Positions 50,801 to 59,500 of a DNA stretch of 64,000 nucleotides are shown here, piece after piece; the stretch's first letter is position 1, and the number at the start of each line of letters is the position of its first letter. Location: the NCBI RefSeq assembly GCF_018350175.1, contig NC_058369.1, forward strand, positions 16,432,001 through 16,496,000, in the 5' to 3' direction. The notes under the pieces are model-generated. The model saw only the letters and a list, made by a program, of their open reading frames with translations. It did not search any database and was not told the origin of the DNA. Made by a program: the position numbers and the translations under genes. This stretch comes from Felis catus (Eukaryota).

Positions 50801-53800
50801 AAGAGTCACCACAAGTTCTTGTGGCCTCTCCTAACCTTAACACTCACTTGGGATACCTCCTAGCTACGTGACCTTGGCAAACTACCTCACATTTATCGGC
50901 CTCAGTGCTTCCACCTATAAATTAACCCTCTTCCTTTCTTCTCAGGGTGGTCATCCAGACCTAGATAAGATAAAGCAGGCAACAGGCACCATTACCATGT
51001 TAAAGTTGAAAACATTGCTGTCTTTAGTAAAGGAAATTAAACCATTAGGAGCTACAGAGAAAAACAGGCAACTATGTACTCTCCATCTCCCTTCTTTCCT
51101 TTTCTCCGTAGCACCTTCTCTGTCCAACACTACATGTTGCCTGACCATCTGTCTCGCCAGCTAAACACAAGCTTCTTGGGGCAAAGACTTCTATCTGCTT
51201 TGTTCACTGTTGTACCTCCAGGGTCTAAATTACTGGCGCGCAGTAGGCACTCGGTGCACGTCTGTTGAAGGAATGAATTACAAGCTCCAATAGCCCATTC
51301 TGAACCAAGCCAAACCACATTTCATCACCTGGCACTGATCCACCATTGACACCACAGCCCGCAAACTAAAGAGTCAACAAAATATTCTAACTCCCCCTTT
51401 GCAAGAAAAGGACTAGAGAGGGTAGAAAAATCAGGAGCTCCTGGATAGGAAAGATGCACCAGGAAAGGAAAAGGCTTCCCAATGGAGTCAAGAATGTAGC
51501 CTCACAATAACTCTTCCTTAAAAAGAATGGAAGGAAACTCCAAAAGCCAGTGAACTCTCAATTCCAAGATAGAAGCCATGTGATTTCCGACTGCACATTT
51601 TTTAGAAATGAGTTCACAGCTAAGAACCTTCTGAGGCCAGAACTGTGAAGATTAAACCCAACTGAAGTAGCAATCCGTACACTAACAAACTGGATAATCT
51701 AGATGAAATGGACAAATTCCTAGAGATACACAATGTACCTAAACTGACTCATGAAAAAATTATAAAATTTGAAAACATCTATATATCTATACATAGAAAA
51801 AAATCTGAATACATCTATATGTATCTAATAAGGAAACTGAATAAGTAATCAAAAACTTCCCAACAAAGAAACGCCCTGAGCCAGATTGCTTTACTGGTGA
51901 ATTCTACCAAACATTTAAAGAAATAACACCAATACTTTTTCAAACTCTTCCAGAAAACTGAAGAGGAGGGAATACTTCCTAACTCATTCTAGGAGTTCAG
52001 CATTACCCTAATTCCAAAGCCAAAAACACTACAAGAAAAACTACAAACTCCTATCCCTCATGAACACCGATGCAAAAATCCTCAACAAAATACAGCAAAC
52101 TGAATCCAGCAATGATGAAGGACCAAGGGGAATTTACTTACTCCTGCGATGCAAAAATGGTTCAACATACAAAAACCAATTAATGCAATACAATAATAAG
52201 AATGAAGGGAAAAAACTGCATGATCATCTCAACTGATAAAGAAAAGCATTTGACAAAATTCAACTCTCCTTCATGATAAAAACACCCAACAAACTAGGAA
52301 CAGAAGGAAACTTCCTCAACATGATAAAGACCATATTTGAAAAACCCACAGTGAATGTCACACTTGACGTTAAAAGACTGAAAGATTTTCCCCTTTGATA
52401 AGGAACAAAATAAGGATGACTGCTTTCACAACTTCTAGCCAACATAACACTTAAAGTTCTAGACAGGGCAATCAGGCAAGAAAAAGAAATAAAAGCCATC
52501 CAAACTGGAATAGAAGCAAAACCGTCTCTGTTGACATACGATAGATCTTTATATGCAGAAAAGTCTAGAGTCCACGAAAAATGAGCTGTTAAGATAGCAA
52601 ACAAATTCAGCAAAGTTCCAGGATGTTGATTTTGTAAATCAACAGACAAATATCAGTTGCATTTCTACATACACTGGCAATGTACAATCTGAACAGGAAA
52701 TAAAGAAAACAACCCCATTTATAATAGCACCAAAAAGAATAAAATACTTAGGAATAAATTTAACCAAAGAGCTAAAGGACACTGCTGAAAAAAATTAAAG
52801 ACTTAAAATGGAAAGACATCCCATGCTCATGGACTGGAAGACTTAGTATCGCTAGGATGGCAACGCTTCCCAAAATCATCGACAGATTCAGTGCATTCCC
52901 TATCAAAATCTCAATGGTGTTTTTTGCACAAACTGAAAAAAATCCATTCTAAAATTCATACAGAATCTCAAGGGATCCCAAAAGCCAAAACAATCCTGAA
53001 AGAGAACTAAGTCAGAGGACACACACTTCCTGATTTCAAAACTTACTACGAGCTATAGTAATCAAAACAGTGTGGTACTGGCAAAATGACAGATGTATAA
53101 ACCAATAAAATAGAACAGAGAGCCCCTAAATAAGGTTATTCAACAAGGGTGCCAAGGCCACTCAACAGGGAAAGGACAGTCTTTTCAACAATTGATACTG
53201 AGAAAGCTGGATATTCACGTGCAAAAGACCGTTATTAGACACTGCATAATACTATACATAAAAATTAACTTGGAATGGATCAAAGACCTAAATGTAAGAG
53301 CTACTACTATAAAACTCTTAAAAGAAAATAATGGGGGGAAAGCTTTAGGATTTTGGATTTGACAATGGTTCGTTTGGTATGAAAAGCAGGATCAACAAAA
53401 GAAAACTGGACTTTATCAAAATTAAAAACTCTGCGCATCAAAGGACACTACTGGGAAAGTGAAAAGACAATTTTGGAAATGGGAGAAAATATTTGTGAAC
53501 CCCAGATCTGATAAAGGGTTAATATGCAGAATATACTGAGAACATGTACAATTCAACCACAAAAAACAATTAAAAAATGGGCAAAGAACCTGAATTGACA
53601 TTCTCCAAAAAAGATATACAAATGGCCAGAGGCACATGAGAAGATGCCCAACGTCACTCATCATTACAGAAACGCAAATCAAAACTACAATGTGATACCA
53701 TTTCACGCCCATTAGGATGGCTACAATCAACAAAACAGAACATAACAAGTGTTGATGAGGATGTGGAAAAATTGAAATCCATGTGCTGCTGGAAATGTAA

Positions 53801-56513
53801 ACTGAGTGGCTGCTATGGAAAATATGGCAGGCAATTCCTTAAAACATAATCCAAAATTTCCAATTCTGGGTACATACCCAAAAGAACTGAAAAAACAGAA
53901 GCACAAACAGATTATTTGTACATTCATTACCCACAACGGCCAAAAGTTAGAAGCAACCCCAAATGAATGGATAAACAAAATGTGGTATGTGTACAAAGTA
54001 ATACTGAGGTTTAGATAGGAATGAAATTTCACACATGCTACAACACGGATAAACCTTAAAAACATTACGCTGAGTGAAATAAGCTAGTCATAAAAAGTCA
54101 AATAGTACATGATTCTACTTATGTAAGATACCTGAAGTAGTCAAATTCATAGAATGGTGGCTGTCAGCGGCTGGGGTGAGAAGGGAATGGGAAGTGATTG
54201 TTTAATGGGTACAGAGTTTATATCTGGGATGATTAAAAAGGTCTGGACATCATGGTAGAGTTACATACCGTTATGAGCATATTTCAAATAGTAAATTTTA
54301 TGTTATGTGTATTCTACCACAATAAAAAATTTTTGAGAAAAAAATAGCAATCAGGACATATTTTCAGCCCATTGAGAGAATTCCACCTTTTTTTTAAGTT
54401 TATTTATTTAGACCATGAGCTGGGGAGGATCAGAGGGAGAGAGAGAATCCCAAGCAGGCCCCGTGCTGTCAGCGCAGAGCCCAACATGGAGCTTGATCCC
54501 CAAAATGGTGAGATCATGATGTGAGCCGAAACCAAGAGTTGGTTGACTGAGCCACCCAGGCACCCTGAGAATCCTTCTTTAAAACCAGTGCTCCTGGGCA
54601 CCCTTCCCATGGCAATGGGCCCTGAAGATGCTACGCTGTCCTTTGTATTCTGACCTCAAGTCCAGCCCCAGTAATCTGGGCCCTAAATACAACCCGACGG
54701 CACAGATTGGCTACCCGCTGAGAGGCTGAGGCTTGAGCTTCCCTCGGTCAGGCAGTTTTTGAGCACAGCGATCTGACACGGCCGACAAGTTGCCAACAAA
54801 AGCAGAAGCCAATCTGGCTAGTTTTCACTCTCTATTACTTCCCCTTGTACTTTCCCTCAGGATACCAGACCGCCCTGTAGAAAGGAAACAGGGGCCAGAT
54901 TGGCCAGTCTGATTCTTTAAAGTTGGAAAGTTGAGTCCCTGTTTTCCCCCATCCCTCGAAGGTCTAGATCCTTTGTACTGTGTAGAATTGAGAGAGGAGT
55001 TTTTGCTCATCCAAGGAGAGCAGACCTGACAACCTCCCCGCTCTGTGGTCTCTAGTGCTCTTTCATATAGATGATCGTCAGATCTCAAAATAACCCAGCA
55101 AGAATTAATATAGAGGGGTTGCTATCCTCCACTGCAGACATGAAGAAACAGGCTCAAGAAGCGGCTCCTGGGTGGCTCAGTCAGTTAAGCATCCAACTCT
55201 TTGTTTCAGTTCAGGTCACAATCTCATGGTTTTGTGAGTTAGAGCCCCACATCCAGCTCCACGCTGATAGTGTGGAGCCTGTCTGAGATTCTCTCTCTCC
55301 CTCTCTCTCTCTCTGCCCCTCCCCCTCTCACTCTCTCTCAAAAATAAATAAACAGGGGCGCCTGGGTGGCGCAGTCGGTTGAGCGTCCGACTTCAGCCAG
55401 GTCACGATCTCGCGGTCCGTGAGTTCGAGCCCCGCGTCGGGCTCTGGGCTGATGGCTCAGAGCCTGGAGCCTGTTTCCGATTCTGTCTCCCTCTCTCTCT
55501 GCCCCTCCCCCGTCCATGCTCTGTCTCTCTCTGTCCCAAAAATAAATAAACGTTGAAAAAAAAAATTTTAAAATAAATAAATAAATAAATAAACAAACAA
55601 ACAAAATTAAAAAGAAACAGGATCAAGGAGATGAAGCCATTTGTCCTGAGTCCCACGACCCCAAGTGACAGGGACAGGGTTATGAACTTCGCACAGGTAA
55701 TGAACTTCAGAGTTCTCCTTCCTCCTGATTACTCAGAAAGATCAAGAAAGTGGAAATGTAATCGGACTATTTTGGTGTCAAACAAAAGCAAAGAAGAGGC
55801 TTCCAAGTTTGGCCACTAATAGGACTAGGAGATCCATCCCCAGAGAAGTAGCCTGGGAAGTGTTCTCCCCTTTCCCTGAGGTGCACCATGACCAAGAAAT
55901 TGGGGTTTTCTTTTTAGACTTTGTACTCATCGACTCCAGCTCAACGCCCAGAGCACAGTCTCGTACTGCCGTGCCCAAGGCGCACTGGTGGGCAGGCGTC
56001 TGCCAAATTCAGTGAATTTCACCAGAGATGGAAGGCCGGCTGGGTCGTGGGGAAACGGATGATTCAGGGCGCTCATACGCGAAAAAAAAAATCACACCTA
56101 ATCCAACGAGCATCTCCAACTTAGAAGTTGCCCAGGAGACCCACGCGGGAAACACCAGACAGTAGTGAAGACCGTAGCGCGCTCACCACTGCCCGCCCCA
56201 CCCCCGCGCATGCGCGACCACAGCATCAGCGCCAAGAGTCCCAGGCAGTTTGTGCGCACAGACTTGGTAGGCGGGCTACGACTCCTCGCGCATGCTCCAG
56301 ACGGGCGCGCATGCGCGTCCTTAGCAGCTGCCTTTTCTTACTTTCCTGTCCTCTCGTCCCTGTTCTGGATCCCAACGCTGACTACCTCATCCACGGCCCT
56401 CACTCCGCATTCCTCACCTTGCGCCCGGTTTTTTCCCGTAGGGCTTTCAGCCGTTCCTTTCGCCGCAACGCCTCTTCCTCTAGCCGGCCCACACCAGCCG
56501 CAGTAGCGGCCAT
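2681..56513 (-). CDS. CCDC12: CCDC12 (coiled-coil domain containing 12, Cwf18-like spliceosome protein), full 7-exon coding span, 166 aa
   Basis: Exons of 96+68+80+62+35+77+83 = 501 nt join in frame with GT-AG sites, giving [32 protein letters not shown]...[11 protein letters not shown]...[64 protein letters not shown]. This matches the recalled mammalian CCDC12 protein and its adjacency to NBEAL2. Confidence 0.97.
2859..2935 (-). CDS. CCDC12: CCDC12 coding exon 6 ([26 protein letters not shown])
   Basis: Acceptor cctgctccag|, donor TCC|GTAAGT; 77 nt. Confidence 0.95.
4009..4043 (-). CDS. CCDC12: CCDC12 coding exon 5 ([12 protein letters not shown])
   Basis: Acceptor tcttcctccccag|, donor CTG|GTGAGT; 35 nt. 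Confidence 0.95.
4264..4325 (-). CDS. CCDC12: CCDC12 coding exon 4 ([20 protein letters not shown])
   Basis: Acceptor caccctctag|, donor GTG|GTGAGT; 62 nt. Confidence 0.95.
4910..4949 (+). repeat. Interstitial telomeric repeat (CCCTAA)6+CCCT
   Basis: Six perfect hexamers read directly from the sequence. Confidence 0.97.
5945..6024 (-). CDS. CCDC12: CCDC12 coding exon 3 ([27 protein letters not shown])
   Basis: Acceptor ctcctctcatag|, donor CCG|GTAGGT; 80 nt; phases match neighbouring exons. Confidence 0.95.
8243..8487 (-). mobile_element. Can-SINE (SINEC, felid type)
   Basis: tRNA-derived head GGGGCTCCTGGGTGGCTCAG, (CT)n, A-rich tail; TSD gagacata at 8234 and 8488. Confidence 0.93.
8969..9414 (+). 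mobile_element. Two Can-SINEs in tandem/nested (8969-9172 and 9173-~9385) inside one TSD pair
   Basis: Two SINE heads; 14-bp TSD agaaatgaaatata at 8955-8968 and 9415-9428. Confidence 0.9.
9444..9663 (+). mobile_element. Can-SINE
   Basis: GGGGTGCCTGGGTGGCT head, CT-rich body, (TAAAA)n tail. Confidence 0.9.
9995..10210 (+). mobile_element. Can-SINE (older)
   Basis: Diverged head, 'gagcctgcttgggattctctctc', TSD agagataata. Confidence 0.88.
10925..11132 (+). mobile_element. Young Felis-type Can-SINE
   Basis: CpG-intact GGGGCGCCTGGGTGGCGCAGTCGG head; 15-bp TSD aaaaaaggaaagctg at 10909 and 11133. Confidence 0.93.
12713..12816 (+). mobile_element. Short tRNA-Lys-like SINE
   Basis: GGGGCACCTGGCTGGCTC...GACTCTTGATCTCAGG..GTGAGTTCAAGCCCCAC; imperfect TSD ggt(g/t)gtctta. 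Confidence 0.8.
18815..18945 (+). mobile_element. L1 ORF2 fragment
   Basis: 'gatctacag..caattccagtcaaaatcccagcaagc..ctaaaatttat..gggcaaaggaactagaacagccaa' is typical of L1 ORF2. Confidence 0.75.
23162..23229 (-). CDS. CCDC12: CCDC12 coding exon 2 ([23 protein letters not shown])
   Basis: Acceptor ttttctcccttcctttgcag|, donor CAG|GTGAGG; 68 nt. Confidence 0.95.
24285..24378 (+). mobile_element. Short tRNA-Lys-like SINE (5'-degraded)
   Basis: gagcatgagattcttgatctcggggttgtgagttcaagccccatgttg...A tail. Confidence 0.78.
25097..25316 (-). mobile_element. Can-SINE
   Basis: Reverse-complement SINE body and T-rich tail. Confidence 0.9.
27715..28155 (-). mobile_element. Old L1 fragment containing a short tRNA-like SINE (28021-28127, + strand)
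   Basis: T-rich L1-antisense signature 'gtgaagccatct..ttcacctaagttactgaatttactggcataaa'; SINE head ggggtgcccgactggctcagtcag. Confidence 0.7.
29840..29965 (+). mobile_element. MIR remnant
   Basis: 'gctgtgtgaccctggacaagttatttgacctgtctggccttagtttcctattctatgaaa' is the MIR core. Similar remnants lie near 3587, 50860, 58245, 59545, 60410 and 62505. Confidence 0.7.
30085..30440. promoter_or_regulatory. Candidate GATA1/TAL1/RUNX1/ETS haematopoietic enhancer
   Basis: AACCACA 30112-30118, CATCTG-N9-TGATAA 30142-30162, AGATAAG 30410 and 30423, CCGGAA 30432. Confidence 0.6.
34632..34701. repeat. Perfect 35-bp tandem duplication
   Basis: gggtccccccaagcgttccctgacagccaccaaca x2. Confidence 0.95.
38374..38585 (-). 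mobile_element. Can-SINE (CpG-rich, young)
   Basis: TSD tataatttctt at 38363 and 38586. Confidence 0.93.
38598..38633. repeat. (TAT)12 microsatellite
   Basis: Read directly; abuts a SINE target-site duplication. Confidence 0.95.
38990..39223 (+). mobile_element. Can-SINE
   Basis: GGGGCGCCTGGGTGGCTCAGTCGG head, (CT)n, A tail. Confidence 0.93.
40043..40246 (-). mobile_element. Can-SINE
   Basis: Reverse-complement SINE body and poly-T. Confidence 0.85.
40700..42700 (+). mobile_element. Old L1 3' region interrupted by three Can-SINEs (40865-41081, 41247-41532, 41581-41833)
   Basis: L1 ORF2/3'UTR motifs ('aaaacttctagaa', 'ctgctggtgggagtgtgaaatgg', 'ctactcctaggcatata'); SINE TSDs tctaaaggtga, gaacgtc, atgaaaagtca. 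Confidence 0.85.
44772..44823. repeat. (AC)26 microsatellite
   Basis: Read directly. Confidence 0.95.
45120..45260. mobile_element. MER5A-like hAT DNA transposon remnant
   Basis: 'ggggtggagcc...ctccccaggtgatcctgacgcacaggtaggtttgaaaacc' resembles the MER5A end. Confidence 0.55.
45901..46141 (+). mobile_element. Can-SINE inserted in a MIR remnant (~45808-46224)
   Basis: TSD atccatctg; MIR-like flanks 'ttttacaga..gaggctcagag' and 'ctggctccaaagcccatgctc'. Confidence 0.88.
47115..47495. mobile_element. MER3-like hAT element interrupted by a Can-SINE (47181-47394)
   Basis: 'gcactgtccaata..gtggctgtttaaa' and 'cacatttca..agccacatgtggcta..cagcacag'; SINE TSD aattaactaaaa. Confidence 0.75.
49065..49286 (+). 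mobile_element. Can-SINE
   Basis: 15-bp TSD aagaactgtagatta at 49050 and 49287. Confidence 0.93.
49325..50530 (+). mobile_element. L1 3' end remnant with antisense Can-SINE (49667-49851)
   Basis: 'catcaaaggacact..aaaatgggcaaagga..gaaatgcaaatcaaaaccacaatgagat..ttccactcct' plus L1M-type 3'UTR. Confidence 0.88.
51160..51280 (+). mobile_element. L2 3' end remnant
   Basis: 'ttgttcactgttgtacctccagg..cagtaggcactc..tgttgaaggaatgaat' is the L2 terminus. Similar remnants lie near 21210 and 44860. Confidence 0.65.
51676..54344 (+). mobile_element. 5'-truncated L1 (~2.7 kb; degenerate ORF2 RT/C-terminal region with internal deletions, plus 3'UTR)
   Basis: 'gatgaaatggacaaattcct', 'tttactggtgaattctaccaaacatttaaagaa', 'gcaaaaatcctcaacaaaatac', AATAAA + A tail; candidate TSD tagcaatc at 51668 and 54345; many stops. 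Confidence 0.92.
54388..54565 (-). mobile_element. Can-SINE (older)
   Basis: Reverse-complement SINE body. Confidence 0.85.
55161..55611 (+). mobile_element. Older Can-SINE with a young Felis-type SINE (55355-~55600) inserted in its tail
   Basis: Two heads; outer TSD aagaaacagg(c/a)tcaag; inner TSD ataaataaaca. Confidence 0.9.
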
Positions 56514-56900
56514 GTTACCCGCCCGCCGCTTCCCTCGTCCCGCAATGCGCAGGCCCAGGGAGTAGATGAACCTCTGGTGGCCAATCCAGGGACGGGAATG
56601 GGAGAACAGGAAGTCTCGAAAGCCAATCAATACCGAGTTGCTATAGGAGGGCCCGCCCTATCTTTCCCCGCGACTCGCTTCGCCTGTTGGGGGAGGGCAC
56701 GGCAAAGAGAAAGGTTGTAAGGCTCGATTCGTCCAATGCCAATCAGTGAGAAAGTAGCAAGTGGAATCAGACCTGAGTGAAGGAGGATAGAGCGCGTCGA
56801 TCGCATGGCTTTTGCCTAAGCATGCGCAAACCCCAGCGCGCTCGTATCGGCCACTTGGAATGTGCTGACCCTCCGTATCCACTTGTCCTGATTCTTCAAG
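56040..56900. promoter_or_regulatory. CCDC12 CpG-island promoter
   Basis: CpG-dense. CCAAT boxes at 56581, 56623, 56733, 56739; ETS CAGGAAGT 56607-56614; YY1-type GCGGCCATGTT 56506-56516 over the ATG; NRF1 palindromes at 56206 and 56307. Confidence 0.85.
56418..56513 (-). CDS. CCDC12: CCDC12 coding exon 1 ([32 protein letters not shown])
   Basis: ATG in AACATGG context inside a CpG island; ends AAG|GTGAGG; 96 nt. Confidence 0.96.
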
Positions 56901-57332
56901 GCCCGAATACCTTCAAAGAAGTCTTCCCTGACTCTCCACTCCCATCCTAGTTTAATAAGAGATCTGCCTCTTCCTTCCTCTGCTGCTATCAAGTGGCTCC
57001 CGATGCACTTGTTCATGCGCTTCTGTGTCTACTACTCTCAGGACTCTCAGCTCCTGCGCAGTGGCCATTTCCTCGGCCTCAAGGATGATCCCCTCCCACC
57101 TCCAAGCACCCTGAAGCAGCAAAGTACTCAGGGTCAGACTACCCAACCTGGCCCAGTGGGCCCCAGGAACCTCCTGAGCTTAGTTCCTGAGAACTAAGCT
57201 GAGAGTTGGTTTGGCCTTGACTACAAGTGGCCAAGAGGTGCATTGCTCCCCAGCAGGAGCCGCCAGGGTCTTTCCTGCATTAACCAGAATGCCCAGACAA
57301 CCAGGAGACCACTTTGGCTGAAGTCAAGACCC

Positions 57333-57545
57333 TTTTTTTTTTTTTTAACGTTTATTCATTTTTGAGGGAGAATCTGAGGACAAGCAGGGGCGGGGCTGAG
57401 AGAGAGGGAGACACAGAATCCAAAGCAGGCTCCAGCCTCGGAGCTGCCAGCACAGAGCCTGATGCAGGGCTCAAACCCATGAACTGTAAGATCATGACCT
57501 GAGCCAAAGTTGGGCACTTAACCGACTGAGCCACACAGGTGCCTC
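57333..57545 (-). mobile_element. Can-SINE between the two promoters
   Basis: TSD tgaagtcaaga at 57319 and 57546. Confidence 0.92.
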
Positions 57546-58739
57546 TGAAGTCAAGATCTTCTGATAGGATGTCAAGGTCCCAAAAGCCACACAGAGGCCA
57601 TGCCCCCCCCACCCCCACCCCGCCAACACATACCACGACTTGTCTCAGCAAAGCTGTTTCCTGCTTGGGGCCTCCCTTCCCAGGCTGGTAGCAGGTGAAT
57701 GCCCACTCCTCCCAGTTCCCCTCAAAGGCTCCTGTGCCACAAGACCTTTGTTCAGTCCCTCCAAAACAACCCTTGACCTCACTAGCCTTTTGGTGCCTTG
57801 TTCCCCTGCATCAGGAGGGGTGACCTGACAGAACCTCATTCACAGGTAGTGAGTGCTCAGGAAATGTCACCTCAGAGGTAGGATGGACAGAGCAGGAAAA
57901 AAAGCCAGAGTGGAAAGGCTGCCTAAGAAGCCAGGAGGACAGAAAAGGATGGGACCTGCAGACAGTCCGTCTTCTCTTGGCCACTCAAGGTCTAGGGGAC
58001 TCCAGACTCCTCGAGTTCCTCTAGCTGATAGTACCTTTCTGAGCCTCACAAACTTCCCAACTCCAACACAGGGCCTGACCCCTGCCCAACACCAGGGGAC
58101 CCCTCACCTCCAGGGCAGGCTGGTTTGGGGAGGAGAGAGGGGTCCAGTGGTGATGGTGGCAATGGCCCAGCAAAGAGTCAGTCAGGCCTCCATCCCTGTC
58201 CACGCTGTCCCTGGCTACCCAAGTGATTCTCATTTGGCTTATCTGGGCCTCAATTTCTCCATCTGTAAAACAGAGGCATGAGACATCCTCCTGCCTTCAA
58301 CCTCTTGAGATTAAAGAAAACAAAAGATGTGACGCCAAGTACTGAGCCCTGGAGTGGAGGATGCCTCCACTGGAATATCTAGGAGGATCCTTTGAAGAGG
58401 GGATCCGTGAGGACTGCCTAAATCTTCCAGGGATCTGCGGGACAGGTGGAGGGCACTGCTTCTCCGGAGGTATTTTGGGAATGCCCTGCTGCTTGCGCTC
58501 TGATTTCCCCCATCCTGCTCCGCAAACAGTAGAAGCAAAAACATTGCATATTTGGTCTCCCCCATGAAAGTGCTTAGAACAGCACCAGGCACGTGGTAAA
58601 CTCCACAAGTGTCATCGTGGCTGTTGTTACCATTATTTGTTGACGGAATCTGGCCATCTGAACGCATCCCGCAGTCCCCCCCCCCCCCCCCCCCCCGCGC
58701 CAGACCCTGTTTCCTTGCACAAAAGGTGGCAATTCCAGC

Positions 58740-59500
58740 CAAGCGGGCTGCTCCGGGGGTGGATCTAGACTAAGGGCGAGTCTGGAAAACCTGACCCCGG
58801 CCCTCGTCAGGGAGACTCAGATTGGCCCTTTTCAAGGCACTGTTAGGGGATGGCTGCGGCTGCGGCTGCGAGCTGGGCTGCGGGGCGCCCTCCGGGGCCG
58901 CCCTGACCTCAAGCTCCTCCTCCCTCCGGGCTCCCCGCCCTTTGCACGGTCCCGGGAGAGGCGGGGCGGCGGTAGCGGCAGCTAAGTGCAGGAAGCCGGG
59001 CGGCGGCCGGCCGCGAGGAGGAGGAGCGTGCAGACTTAGGTGGCTCGGCGCGGCGGGGGCCAGTACTACTTCCCCGAGTAGTACCGCGCCGCTCCGCCCC
59101 GGAGTGACGCCCTCCGCCCATGGGCCTGGCCGAGGGCAACCGGCGGGCGGCGCGGAGGAGGCGGCGGCGGCAGGTGGCGCGCAGCAGGGCCGGAGCCGGG
59201 CCGGGCCATGGCCGCCTCGGAGCGGCTGTACGAGCTGTGGCTGCTCTACTATGCTCAGGTGAGCCCGCCCCACGCGGTCCCGCTGTGCCCCCAGCTCCGC
59301 GAGCCCCGCGCCTGCTGCACCTGCGCCCCGCGTCCCTGGGGCCGTGTAGATGAGCGCGCGCCGGGCGGACTTGGGCTCCGCACACACGTGTGCGCCGCCC
59401 CCGGCCCGCCGGTGCCTCCGGCACTTATACCTGGGGGATGACCCTCGCGGGCGTGCACCTCAACAGAGCCTCTGGTTGGGTACCGCGCAGCCTCGGTCGT
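58740..59500. promoter_or_regulatory. NBEAL2 CpG-island promoter
   Basis: Very GC- and CpG-rich; GC boxes (GGGGCGG, CCGCCC), CAGGAAG, GTGACG half-CRE; surrounds exon 1. Confidence 0.85.
59208..59258 (+). CDS. NBEAL2: NBEAL2 (neurobeachin-like 2) coding exon 1, MAASERLYELWLLYYAQ; gene continues beyond the window
   Basis: Strong Kozak GCCATGG, CAG|GTGAGC donor, inside a CpG island. Peptide matches the recalled NBEAL2 N-terminus; head-to-head with CCDC12. Confidence 0.95.

Noticed and set aside
51676..54344. Possible active or domesticated reverse transcriptase
   Set aside because: 5'-truncated, internally deleted and riddled with stops and frameshifts.
56514..56630. In-frame open extension upstream of the CCDC12 ATG
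   Set aside because: No in-frame ATG (the track uses TTG) and it runs into promoter CCAAT boxes; no support for an N-terminal extension.
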